From: an uncultured delta proteobacterium
GTDB lineage: Bacteria; Myxococcota_A; Polyangia; Polyangiales; Houyiibacteriaceae
Direction of reading: 5' to 3'
Assembly: GCA_963699755.1 (NCBI GenBank)
Contig: CAVOVB010000001.1
Location: forward strand, 384,001 to 448,000
DNA: 64,000 nt
Of the stretch, positions 31,825 to 41,299 are shown piece by piece. The notes under the pieces were generated by a model that made no database searches, was not told the DNA's origin, and saw only the letters and a program-made list of their open reading frames with translations. Position numbers and translations under genes: made by a program. The first letter of the stretch is position 1. Each line of letters begins with the position of its first letter.

Positions 31825-33456
31825 GTGCCGCAGCTCGACTTTCTCAAAGACCTCGTGGTCATCCTCGCAGCTGCCGTCGTCGTCGTCGTGGTGCTTCGCC
31901 GCCTCGGGGTTCCCGCGATCGCAGGCTTCATTCTCACGGGCGTGCTGATTGGGCCCACGACCCTGGAGCTCGTCGACGACACCCATCAAGTCGAAGTCCT
32001 CGCCGAGGTCGGAGTCGTTCTTCTTCTCTTCGGGATCGGCCTCGAGCTGTCTCTCGAGCGCCTCCGCCGGCTCTGGAAGGCGGTCGTCCTCGGCGGCGGC
32101 ATTCAGGTCACCGTGACCGTCGCGCTCACCGCGCTGGTTGCGAGCTCGTTCGGGCTTTCCCAAGGAGCGTCGGTATTCGTGGGCTTCATCGTCGCCGTAT
32201 CGAGCACGGCGGTGGTTCTCCGCGGGCTCTCGCGGCGTGGCGAGCTCAACGCACCGCACGGGCGACTCGCCGTTGGGATTCTGGTCTTTCAAGACCTCTG
32301 CGTCGTTCCCATGGTCCTCGCCGTCCCATTTCTTTCCGGCCGAGGCGGTTCGAGTGAAGAAGTGCTTCGCACCGCCGTCACCGTCGTCCTCGTCCTTGCT
32401 GGCGTGCTCGCGGCAGGCGTCGTGCTCATTCCACGCGTGCTCGCATTCGTGGCCAAGACTCGAGAGCGCGATCTCTTCGTGCTCACCGTCTTTCTGATTT
32501 GCCTCGGCACGGCCTGGCTGCTCTCGCTCGCCGGGATCTCCTTGGCGCTCGGCGCCTTCCTCGCAGGCCTCGTCGTTTCGGGAAGCGAGTTCCGCCATCA
32601 GGCCTTGTCGGACCTCATCCCCACGCGTGAGGTCTTCGCGAGCCTCTTCTTCGTCTCGGTCGGCATGCTGCTCGACGTGCCCGATGTACTTGCGCACTGG
32701 CTTCCCGTTTCCTGGCTCCTGCTCGCGATCCTCGCCGGGAAGTTCGTCATCGTCCTCGGCACCGCGCTCGCTCTGCGCTTGCCGCTCAACGTCGCGATTC
32801 TGTCCGCGGCGACCCTCAGTCAGGTGGGCGAGTTTTCGTTCGTGCTTCTCAAAGCGGCCTCCGGGACAGATCTGCTCACGGCATCGTTCTCCCACATCTT
32901 GCTCGTGGCCATCGTCCTCTCCATGCTTCTGACCCCTCTAGCCATCAGGTTCGGCCCGCACCTCGCGAGCGGGGCCGGTCGCTTTACCTGGCTCAATCGC
33001 CGCCTCGGAGCGCCGCCGCCAGGCGTCGACACGCAGGAGCCACACAGCGACCATGTCATCGTTGCGGGCTACGCGATCACGGGACGAGCGGTTTGCCAGG
33101 CCCTTCGCGACGCCGGGGTCCGATACATCGCCGTGGATATCAACCCAGACAACGTGCGTGAAGCCCGGGCCGCAGGAGATCGAGTCGTCCTCGGCGACGT
33201 CACTCAGCACGAGCTCCTCGAAGAGCTCGGCTGCTCGCAGGCACGCCTCGTCATCTTGAGCATCAATGACCCAAGGGCCGCGGAGCGTGCCGCGCGGACG
33301 ATTCGTCATGCCGCACCCAAGGTTCCCATTCTTGCGAGAGCCCAGTATGTCATGGACAGGGACGCGCTCCTCGCCGCCGGCGCCACCACGGTCGTCACCG
33401 CCGAGGAAACCGCCAGAGACGCCATCGTGAGGACGCTTCGGCTGCCGAAGGCCTAG
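31825..33456 (+). CDS. CPA2 (KefB/KefC-like) cation:proton antiporter with TrkA-N domain
   Basis: LAEVGVVLLLFGIGLELS, SSTAVV, GILVFQD, LGAFLAG, SQVGEFSF, VIVAGY. Confidence 0.9.
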   Translation: MPQLDFLKDLVVILAAAVVVVVVLRRLGVPAIAGFILTGVLIGPTTLELVDDTHQVEVLAEVGVVLLLFGIGLELSLERLRRLWKAVVLGGGIQVTVTVALTALVASSFGLSQGASVFVGFIVAVSSTAVVLRGLSRRGELNAPHGRLAVGILVFQDLCVVPMVLAVPFLSGRGGSSEEVLRTAVTVVLVLAGVLAAGVVLIPRVLAFVAKTRERDLFVLTVFLICLGTAWLLSLAGISLALGAFLAGLVVSGSEFRHQALSDLIPTREVFASLFFVSVGMLLDVPDVLAHWLPVSWLLLAILAGKFVIVLGTALALRLPLNVAILSAATLSQVGEFSFVLLKAASGTDLLTASFSHILLVAIVLSMLLTPLAIRFGPHLASGAGRFTWLNRRLGAPPPGVDTQEPHSDHVIVAGYAITGRAVCQALRDAGVRYIAVDINPDNVREARAAGDRVVLGDVTQHELLEELGCSQARLVILSINDPRAAERAARTIRHAAPKVPILARAQYVMDRDALLAAGATTVVTAEETARDAIVRTLRLPKA

Positions 33457-33559
33457 CTCAAAGCTACGCCGCAGGACGAACGAGCACACTGCCCCAGAGC
33501 ATCGCCCTGTCATCTTCGGCGCGGTTAAACGGCGAATCGGCATCGGCGTCTCCGAAGCT

Positions 33560-34070
33560 CCGCAGCACGGTCATCGCATCGGGCGCGGCGGCGTGCCTCA
33601 CGGCGGCAAGCAGTCTCTCCCGTACGCTTCGTCCGCTCCATCGAGGATATTCGAAAGCGTGATTCCACCGAAGGTTCCGGGCCGTTCGCTCTCGAGGAAG
33701 CTCGCCGCGTCCGCATGCACGAGGCGAACCTCTCGGGCCTCAGGAGGCGGCGGCTCGACCGAGAGCTCGCCGAGAAGGAGTGAACGCGCGTACGGGTTGC
33801 TGCGGTTTGGATGGAGAGCGAAGCAGCGTTCCATCCGAGCGCGCATCGCCGAGCCTAGGCGCTTCGGGAGTAAGTCGAGCAGCCGCGACGGCCACCAGCC
33901 TGCTAACGGCGCGAAGAATCGCATGAAGTCCATGATGCGCTCGGCCCGCCCACGGAAACCGGGGTCGCCCGCGAATCGACGCTCTCCGTACGTGAGCTGC
34001 ACCGGATTGATGTCGATGGCCACCACCTCGTGCTCGGGCGCGAGCCTCATCGCCTCTTGGCCCATCAGGC
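33560..34070 (-). pseudogene. DUF3419/BtaA-like SAM-dependent transferase fragment
   Basis: VVAIDINPVQL...NPYAR...VHADAASFLE...ITLSNILD; no proper start. Confidence 0.5.
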
Positions 34071-34211
34071 TCAAGGTGAGAGCCGGTAGGCGTTTCGGAG
34101 CTTCTGACTCTTTCTTAGATCCAAACGGAGGTGTCGCGCGTCCCCTTCGGCGAGAACGGACTGTCGACAAGCGCGACCGTCCTGCGTAATGCAAAGGCCG
34201 GAGGAGCAACG

Positions 34212-35636
34212 ATGAGGACACAACGAGCACTGATCATATGGGCCGCGCTGGTCGTTGGGGCTGCCGACACGGAGGCCGGAGCGGACGACGCTGAGGGCGT
34301 GGCGCTCACCATCTATAACCAGGACTTCGGGGTGGTGCGCGAGAAGCGAACCGTGGACCTCAGGGAGAAGGTTGGGACGATTCGATTCACCGGAGTTGCC
34401 GCCCAGATCGACGGCGCCACCGTGCAGTTCAAATCACTCACCCATCCAGGCACCACGGTACTCGAGCAAAACTACGAATACGATCTGGTCTCCGCAGACA
34501 AGCTGCTCGACAAGCACATCGATCGGTCGATTGCGGTGCTGACCAAGGACGGCTCCCGATACGCCGGGACGCTTCTCAGCTTCGATCCCGCCCAGCTGGT
34601 TCTGCGCCAGGAGCAGAGCGTGGTGATGATCCAGCGCGGCGACAACGTTAAAGACATCCAGCTCGGCGCCTTGCCGGACGGATTGATCACCAAGCCGACG
34701 CTCGTCTGGAAGCTCGCCACGAAGAAGACCGGCCGTCAGTTGGTAGAGGTCGCCTACCAGACCGCTGGGCTCGGATGGCACGCGGACTACAACGCGGTCC
34801 TCAACGAAAAAGACACGGCGCTCGACTTGGGCGGATGGGTGACGATTGAGAATCACTCGGGCGCAACGTATGAGAATGCGCGTCTGAAGCTCATCGCGGG
34901 CGACGTGCGGCGTGTTCAACCGCCCATGCAGATGTATCGCAAGGACATGATGGCCGCCGAAGCCGCGTCCAGCTTCGAGGAAAAGCCCTTCTTCGAGTAC
35001 CACCTCTACACGCTCGGTCGGCAGACGACCGTCGCCGATAACCAGACCAAACAGGTCGAGCTCCTCAAGGCGGCAGACGTACCCGTAAAGACAGTGTTCC
35101 TCTACGACGGTGCACCCCAATACCGCTTCTACGGAGGACTCGTGAGTGACGCGGGCTACGGCAGCGAGCAGTCGAACAGCAAAGTCAGCGTCATTCTCGA
35201 GCTCACGAACTCAAAGCGAAACCACATGGGCATGGCACTGCCGAAGGGCAAGGTGCGGCTCTACAAGCGTGACGAAGCAGACGGGGCGCTCGAATTCATC
35301 GGTGAGGACGAGATCGACCATACGCCGAAGGACGAGACCATTCGGCTGCACATCGGGGATGCGTTCGACGTCGTGGGCGAGCGCAAGCGAACCGACTACA
35401 ACGTCGATACCAGTCGCCACGTCATCACCGAGAGCTTCGAGATCCGCCTTCGGAACCACAAGGACGAACCGGTCGAAGTGCTCGTGAAGGAGACGCTCTA
35501 CCGCTGGAACAACTGGGAGATCGTCAAGGCCTCGGACAAACACGAGAAGTACGATGCCAACGCGGCGCACTTCCGGGTCAAAGTCGGCAAAGACAGCGAG
35601 AAGGTCATTCAGTACACGGTGCGCTACACGTGGTAG
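34212..35636 (+). CDS. DUF4139 domain exported protein
   Basis: ALTIYNQDFGVVRE, EQNYEYDL, LKLIAGDV, EYHLYTL, GEDEIDHTP; GAGGAG RBS. Confidence 0.88.
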   Translation: MRTQRALIIWAALVVGAADTEAGADDAEGVALTIYNQDFGVVREKRTVDLREKVGTIRFTGVAAQIDGATVQFKSLTHPGTTVLEQNYEYDLVSADKLLDKHIDRSIAVLTKDGSRYAGTLLSFDPAQLVLRQEQSVVMIQRGDNVKDIQLGALPDGLITKPTLVWKLATKKTGRQLVEVAYQTAGLGWHADYNAVLNEKDTALDLGGWVTIENHSGATYENARLKLIAGDVRRVQPPMQMYRKDMMAAEAASSFEEKPFFEYHLYTLGRQTTVADNQTKQVELLKAADVPVKTVFLYDGAPQYRFYGGLVSDAGYGSEQSNSKVSVILELTNSKRNHMGMALPKGKVRLYKRDEADGALEFIGEDEIDHTPKDETIRLHIGDAFDVVGERKRTDYNVDTSRHVITESFEIRLRNHKDEPVEVLVKETLYRWNNWEIVKASDKHEKYDANAAHFRVKVGKDSEKVIQYTVRYTW

Positions 35637-35761
35637 GTCATCGAAGAGTTCTGGCACCCGGACAGTTTCAGAATCGCCAGAGCGCCAGATCTCTGTAGTT
35701 TCGATTGCGGAAAGGAACGCGTTTGTAGCGGCTATCTTCGCCCATGCGGCGACGTGGGGCT

Positions 35762-35798
35762 GATAGTCGACACAAACGCTCTTTCCGGTTCACGTCCC
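35762..35798 (+). repeat. Dispersed repeat copy G (oriIS half)
   Basis: GATAGTCGACACAAACGCTCTTTCCGGTTCACGTCCC matches 46292-46308 joined to 47791-47810. Confidence 0.75.
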
Positions 35799-35861
35799 TT
35801 CGGCTCGTTGGTGCGACACAACGCCGCCGTCGTGCTCTCCAGCGCCAGCAACGAGCTTCGC

Positions 35862-36167
35862 TCAGAAGCGCTCCGGCCGTAGCACCTGCACGTCGCCGAC
35901 GCTCAGCACACCAACGTGACGGTCGAGGAGTCGGTACAGGTCCTGGAGGGCTTTGTCGATTCTCTCGACGTCGCCAATCGCGATGACGACGACCATTTCC
36001 TGAGTGGTGGAGAGGTCGCCTTCGCTACGCCAGTGCGTGCTGCCGCCGAAGCCCGCCATCGCGGGCAGCACCGTGTATCCCGTGAGCTCGGCGTCCTCGA
36101 GGATGTTGCATGCCCGCGTGAGCGCCATTCGCTCGACGATCAGCTCGAGTCTGCGTTTGTCGTGCAT
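35862..36167 (-). CDS. sbtB: SbtB-like PII-family regulator
   Basis: KRRLELIVE...TGYTVL...GFGGS; directly downstream of sbtA. Confidence 0.8.
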   Translation of the reverse strand: MHDKRRLELIVERMALTRACNILEDAELTGYTVLPAMAGFGGSTHWRSEGDLSTTQEMVVVIAIGDVERIDKALQDLYRLLDRHVGVLSVGDVQVLRPERF

Positions 36168-36176
36168 CGCGTCCTC

Positions 36177-37160
36177 CTAGCCTGTCACCCACTGCGCCGC
36201 GAGGATGTAGAGAGGTATCCCGACCGTGAGATTGAAGGGAAACGTAACACCCAGCGACAGGGTGAGGTAGATGTACGGCCGCGCCTCGGGAAGCGCGAGC
36301 CTCATCGCTGCCGGTACCGCGATGTACGACGACGACGCGGCCAGCGTGATGAAGAGGGCGGCGTCGCCCGTTGAAATCGGGAGCAACGCGCAGACGAGGG
36401 TCGCTATGGCACCCGAGATGAGCGGCATGTAAAGCCCGAACGCGACGGTCGTGAGCCCGAGCATCTTGTAGCCCTTCCGAAGCCCGCGTCCTGCAGCGAG
36501 GCCCATGTCGAGGAGGAAGAGGCAGAGCACCCCCTGGAGTGGAGTGACGAAAAACGGCTCGACCTTCGCCATGCCCTGGGTTCCCGTCACCCACCCGATG
36601 ATGAGGGAGCCGATCAGAGTGACGACGGATGCATTGAGGGCGACCTCGCGAAAGAGCTCCTGGGGACCGCCACCGGGCTCGTCTTCGCCGCGGGTTCGCT
36701 CGCGGCGAACGAGCAGCAGGGCCGTCATGATCGCGGGCGTTTCCATCAACGCCGCGGCGGCCACGAGAAAGCCGGAGCTCTCGACGCCAGCAAGTGATAC
36801 GGCCTGCGTCGCGGCGACGAACGTGACGATGGAAATCGAGCCGTAGTGGGCGGCGGTCGCGGCGGCGTCCATGCGGCCAAGACGAGTCGTCAGGCGGAGC
36901 AGCGCGTAGGCCACCAGAGGGATCAGGAAGGAGAGGGCGATGGCGGAACCCATCACGGCCAACACCTCGGCGCTCAGCCCGCTCTTCGACATCTCGACGC
37001 CGCCCTTGATGCCGATGGCCATCATCAGGTAGATGGCGATTCCCTTGGCGAAGGCTTCGGGAATGGCCATGTCCGAACGCGCGAGCGCGGCCGTGAGACC
37101 GAGGACGAAAAAAAGGACCACCGGGGAGAGGATGGTCGCGAGGGCAAGCTCGAGCGCCAT
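36177..37160 (-). CDS. sbtA: SbtA (DUF897) sodium-dependent bicarbonate transporter
   Basis: YLMMAIGIKGG, AAHYGSISIVTF, METPAI, FLLDMG, SYIAVPAAMR, SLGVTFPFN. Confidence 0.92.
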   Translation of the reverse strand: MALELALATILSPVVLFFVLGLTAALARSDMAIPEAFAKGIAIYLMMAIGIKGGVEMSKSGLSAEVLAVMGSAIALSFLIPLVAYALLRLTTRLGRMDAAATAAHYGSISIVTFVAATQAVSLAGVESSGFLVAAAALMETPAIMTALLLVRRERTRGEDEPGGGPQELFREVALNASVVTLIGSLIIGWVTGTQGMAKVEPFFVTPLQGVLCLFLLDMGLAAGRGLRKGYKMLGLTTVAFGLYMPLISGAIATLVCALLPISTGDAALFITLAASSSYIAVPAAMRLALPEARPYIYLTLSLGVTFPFNLTVGIPLYILAAQWVTG

Positions 37161-37259
37161 GATGCCGCCGTCTACACGCTTCTAAGCGAGAAACAAGCGC
37201 TCATCCCCGGATGTTGTAACCGCCGTCGACGTTTCGCACGTCCCCCGCGATTCGTGTCC

Positions 37260-37415
37260 TCAGATCGAGCAGGTGGGCCACCTCGGTGGCGAGGTCCTCC
37301 GGCAGTGCATTGCTCAGCGGGCTGAGCTCGCGGCACAGCGCCTCGGTTTCAGAGAGCTCTTGGATGATGCGTTCGAGCGCAGCCTTGGCGACCCCGACGT
37401 TCTTGTAGGTCGCCG
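37260..37415 (-). pseudogene. Enoyl-ACP reductase/SDR-like fragment
   Basis: Minus-strand peptide TYKNVGVAKAALERIIQEL resembles the FabI Y..MGVAKAALE motif. Confidence 0.35.
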
Positions 37416-37466
37416 TACCGGTCGCTCACGGGCGCTGGCGCCGGGTCCGTGCTACCCCGCGCGGCG

Positions 37467-38441
37467 ATGGAACGGCTCGAGGCGAACGCTCGGGACTTGG
37501 AAAAAGCGGCCGAAATTCTTCGCACGGGCGGCCTCGTCGCGTTTCCGACCGAGACGGTGTACGGCCTCGGGTCTCGCGCGGACGACCCCAGGGCGGTGGG
37601 GCGCATCTTCGAGGCGAAGGGAAGGCCGAGCGACCATCCGCTCATCGTTCACCTCGCGCGCAAGGAATGGCTGCCCTCGTGGGCCAGCGAGGTTCCGGCC
37701 GAGGCCTCCGTCCTCGCGGAGCGATTTTGGCCAGGGCCCCTCACGCTCATCCTCCCGCGGCGCGAGTCGGTGCCGGACGTCGTGACTGGCGGTCAGCCCA
37801 CCATCGGCCTTCGCGTCCCCAGGCACCCGGTCGCGCTCGACCTTCTCGACCGCGTGGGCGTCGGACTCGCCGCGCCGTCGGCGAACCGATTCGGACATGT
37901 GAGCGCGACGACCGCGGACCACGTCGAACACGACTTCGGCGAGACCATCGACGCCGTTGTCGACGGAGGCCCCTGCGCCGTCGGCCTCGAATCCTCGATC
38001 GTCGACCTCAGCGGTGAGGAGCCGAGGCTCCTGAGGCCCGGTGCCGTCCTGCGCGGCGAGCTCGAAGACGCCCTCGGCCGCCCGCTCGGCGAGCCCACCG
38101 ACACGGCGCCGAGAGTGCCTGGCGCCTTGGCTTCGCACTACTCGCCGAAGACGCCGCTCACTCTCGTCGAGGAGAACCAACTGCCGCGCCAGGTGGAACA
38201 AAGCGCTGGAACACTTTGCGTCCTCGCCGCGGCTCATCCCGACCCGAGCTCCTCTCGACTGAGCTGGATCGAAATGCCAACCGACCCCCACGGCTACGCG
38301 CGGGCACTCTACGACACACTTCGACGCGCCGACCGCGCCCGCGCCGACCGCATCCTCGTCGCGCTCCCCGGCAGCGGCCCCGAGTGGTCGCCGATCCTCG
38401 ACCGATTGACCCGCGCCGCCCAGGTTGGGGAAACGGACTAG
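37467..38441 (+). CDS. sua5: L-threonylcarbamoyladenylate synthase, Sua5 type
   Basis: VAFPTETVYGLG, KGRPSDHPLIVH, FWPGPLT, AAPSANRFG, PGALASHYSP. Confidence 0.95.
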   Translation: MERLEANARDLEKAAEILRTGGLVAFPTETVYGLGSRADDPRAVGRIFEAKGRPSDHPLIVHLARKEWLPSWASEVPAEASVLAERFWPGPLTLILPRRESVPDVVTGGQPTIGLRVPRHPVALDLLDRVGVGLAAPSANRFGHVSATTADHVEHDFGETIDAVVDGGPCAVGLESSIVDLSGEEPRLLRPGAVLRGELEDALGRPLGEPTDTAPRVPGALASHYSPKTPLTLVEENQLPRQVEQSAGTLCVLAAAHPDPSSSRLSWIEMPTDPHGYARALYDTLRRADRARADRILVALPGSGPEWSPILDRLTRAAQVGETD

Positions 38442-38479
38442 CCCCGAGTCGCTACCCGTCCTCCATCGAGGTTTGCCCG

Positions 38480-38546
38480 GACATCCAGCTCCATTAGCAC
38501 AGCGAAGCTGGGCGTTTGCGACGAGCCCGACGGGCTAAGAGAGCGC
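38480..38546 (+). repeat. Dispersed repeat copy H (divergent; tail clear)
   Basis: GAGCCCGACGGGCTAAGAGAGCG. Confidence 0.5.
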
Positions 38547-38637
38547 CGGCCTGCTTGAGTCCCGCCGTTTCCTTATCCCTGGCTAGTCTGAGCGTTTTCG
38601 CTTGCGCGTGGCACACTCGAATGGTAGTGAATTCGCA

Positions 38638-38656
38638 ATTGATTTTCACTTTCAAT
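38638..38656 (+). promoter_or_regulatory. Fur-box-like palindrome
   Basis: ATTGATTTTCACTTTCAAT, AT-rich 19-mer 11 bp before the operon ATG; TTGCGC-N17-TAGTGA upstream. Confidence 0.7.
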
Positions 38657-38667
38657 AAGGACCCACG

Positions 38668-40125
38668 ATGACCCCTTCAGGACAGCGGAAAGTCTTGGTT
38701 TTCTTGGCAGTGTCCGCGTCCTTCGCCGGCTGCGGGGGCGGCGTCAACGATGGCGGAGAGACCCCGACCACTTACAGGTTCGAGCGCAGCGAGGAATCCA
38801 CCGTCGCCTACCTCGGTCAGAGCACCCGACAGCTGCTGATCAAGGACCTGGTCGGGCTGATGAAGGAGATCAGCGCCGAGGTGCTAGGCGGCCAGAACCT
38901 CGAGCGCTACGACACGCCGGAAGAGGTCGTGGCGTTTCTGACGCCGCTCTACGAGCTGGGCGGATTGGCGGACCCGAGTCGCGCGATTCCCGACCTCGTC
39001 GCCGAGGGGGATACGACGCTGCAGAGCACGTATGCAGACTTCAACGATGCCAACCTGCAGGAGAAGCTCGCCGGGAACGACGCCGTCACCGACCACGCCG
39101 ATTGGAACGGCGGAGATTTCGTCGGATGGAAGACGTCCAACTTGGTGATCGATGCCCAGGGAAACCGGGCCGCTCCGCAGACTCCCGAGTCGCTCTTGCT
39201 CGGGTTGTTCTGGACCTTCGCGACTCAGGCCTCGGGCGCGGCGACGGGCAGCTTCCCGATCGACGCAGCGACTCCACTCTACTTGACCCCCGACGGGCTC
39301 GATCTCACTCAGCTCCTCGAGAAGTTCCTACTGGGCGCGGTCAATTTCAGTCAGGGCACGGACGACTACCTCGACGATGACATCGACGGCAAGGGCTTGC
39401 TTTCGGCAAACGAGCTCGACGGAGACAACCCGTACACGACGCTCGAGCATCAATGGGATGAGGCCTACGGCTATTGGGGAGCGGCGCGCGACTACAGCGC
39501 TTACACCGACGAAGAGATCGCGGCCGCTGGCGGCCGATCCGATTATCAAAACGGTTATCACGACACAAATGAGGACGGCTTCATCGACCTTCTGAGCGAG
39601 CTCAACTTCAGCGCCTCGGTCAACGCGGCCAAACGCGACCTCGGCAGCGCCCCTAAAGCCCGCACCGACTTCACGGGGCAAGCAGACCTCGCATTTCGAG
39701 CTGGACGCGCCCTCATAAGCGCCGCGTACGAGGCAGGCACGCAGGTGGACCTGGCCGCACTCCAGGCCGAGCGCGACACCGCGGTCCTCGCATGGGAAAG
39801 GGCCTACGCAGCGACGGCCATCCACTACATCAACGAAATTTTGGGCGACATGGACGCCATCGGAGGCGAGGACTACAGCTTTGCCGACCACGCGAAGCAT
39901 TGGTCCGAGCTCAAGGGGTTCGCGCTCGGCTTTCAGTTCAACCCTCGGTCGCCGATGAGCGACGAGGATTTCGCCGCCCTTCACGCAGCAGTTGGAGACT
40001 CGCCAGTCGGCGCCTCGGCGAGCGGTCCCGTCGACAACGAGGCGTATCGAGCACAACTCCTCGATGCGAGAAACGGAATTGGAGATGCTTATGGTTTCGA
40101 TGAAGCGAACGTCACCTCTTGGTAG
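38668..40125 (+). CDS. DUF4856-like iron-regulated acidic lipoprotein
   Basis: Lipobox FAGC; LEHQWDEAYGYWG; ATAIHYIN; KHWSELKGF. Confidence 0.78.
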   Translation: MTPSGQRKVLVFLAVSASFAGCGGGVNDGGETPTTYRFERSEESTVAYLGQSTRQLLIKDLVGLMKEISAEVLGGQNLERYDTPEEVVAFLTPLYELGGLADPSRAIPDLVAEGDTTLQSTYADFNDANLQEKLAGNDAVTDHADWNGGDFVGWKTSNLVIDAQGNRAAPQTPESLLLGLFWTFATQASGAATGSFPIDAATPLYLTPDGLDLTQLLEKFLLGAVNFSQGTDDYLDDDIDGKGLLSANELDGDNPYTTLEHQWDEAYGYWGAARDYSAYTDEEIAAAGGRSDYQNGYHDTNEDGFIDLLSELNFSASVNAAKRDLGSAPKARTDFTGQADLAFRAGRALISAAYEAGTQVDLAALQAERDTAVLAWERAYAATAIHYINEILGDMDAIGGEDYSFADHAKHWSELKGFALGFQFNPRSPMSDEDFAALHAAVGDSPVGASASGPVDNEAYRAQLLDARNGIGDAYGFDEANVTSW

Positions 40126-41299
40126 GGTAGCGATCCTACTCGCGCTCGGCACGGCCGTCGTGAGTTGCAGCAGCGATGGCTCGACCGGCGGCGGCGGGAC
40201 TGGCGGAGACATGGGACGACGCGGCGAGGTGCTGGCAGCCCTCGGCGAGAACGTCGTGCTGCCACTGATCGAACGGTTCGCAACGGAGGCGGCGGCGCTC
40301 GAAACGGCGCTTGCGGGCGCCACGACGGACGCCGGCGGCCGCGATGCCGCGCAGAGCGCATGGCGAGAGGCGATGAGCATCTGGCAGGAGCTCGAGATGA
40401 TTCAGCTCGGCCCGCTCGGCTCGAGCCTCAGCGTGATGGGCGGGCAGGATCTGAGGGCGCGCATCTATTCGTGGCCGCTTCTCAATCTCTGCGAGGTCGA
40501 TCGGCAAACGATCGGAGAAAGCTACGACGACCCCGACGCGCTGGCACAGATCTCGGGCGCCCCGATCGGTCTGTGGGCGATCGAGTATTTGTCGTTCACC
40601 GACGACCCGGGCAACAACTGCGCTCCCTTCGACCCGATCAACCAGGAGGGCACCTGGGAATCGATGGCCGACATGGTCCCCGAGCGGCGGCTCACCTATG
40701 CCGCTTCGCTCTCCACGTTGGTCCGTCGTCGGGCTGAAGAGCTCGTCGACGCCTGGTCACCCGCTGACGGCAACTTTCTCGAAGAGCTCAGCAATCCGAC
40801 CCGCAGCGGCTCGGTCTATCGCACTGCGCAAGAGGGGTTGAACGCGATCTCGGATGCGTTGTTTTATCTCGACAGGGAAACCAAGGACATGAAGCTCGGC
40901 GCGCCGTTGGGGATCACCGGCTGCTCGGCCGCGCAATGCCCAGAGGCGCTCGAGTCACAGTGGGCGCTTCGATCCAAAGAGCACGTAATCGCCAATCTCC
41001 GCGGCTTCGAGCTCTTGTTTCTCGGAGGTGACCCAGACGCCGACGATCTCGGCTTCGACGACCTGTTGCGAGACATGGGCGCGGACGGCGTCGCGGACGA
41101 CATGGCAAGCGCGCTGACGGCGGCTATCGCCGCGACCGAGGAAGTTCCAGGAACGTTTCGTGACGCATTGACACAGAACGAAGCAGCGATGACGACGGCG
41201 CACACTGCGCTGATATCCGTCACCGACATCCTCAAGTCCGAGTTTCTTTCGGTTCTCGATCTCGAGGCGCCCGACCGAGCCGCGGGCGACAACGACTGA
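40091..41299 (+). CDS. Imelysin-like (IrpA/peptidase M75) lipoprotein
   Basis: Lipobox VVSC; AQSAWREA, IYSWP, GLWAIEYL, KDMKLGAPLG, ESQWA, GDND end. Confidence 0.82.
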   Translation: MVSMKRTSPLGRVAILLALGTAVVSCSSDGSTGGGGTGGDMGRRGEVLAALGENVVLPLIERFATEAAALETALAGATTDAGGRDAAQSAWREAMSIWQELEMIQLGPLGSSLSVMGGQDLRARIYSWPLLNLCEVDRQTIGESYDDPDALAQISGAPIGLWAIEYLSFTDDPGNNCAPFDPINQEGTWESMADMVPERRLTYAASLSTLVRRRAEELVDAWSPADGNFLEELSNPTRSGSVYRTAQEGLNAISDALFYLDRETKDMKLGAPLGITGCSAAQCPEALESQWALRSKEHVIANLRGFELLFLGGDPDADDLGFDDLLRDMGADGVADDMASALTAAIAATEEVPGTFRDALTQNEAAMTTAHTALISVTDILKSEFLSVLDLEAPDRAAGDND

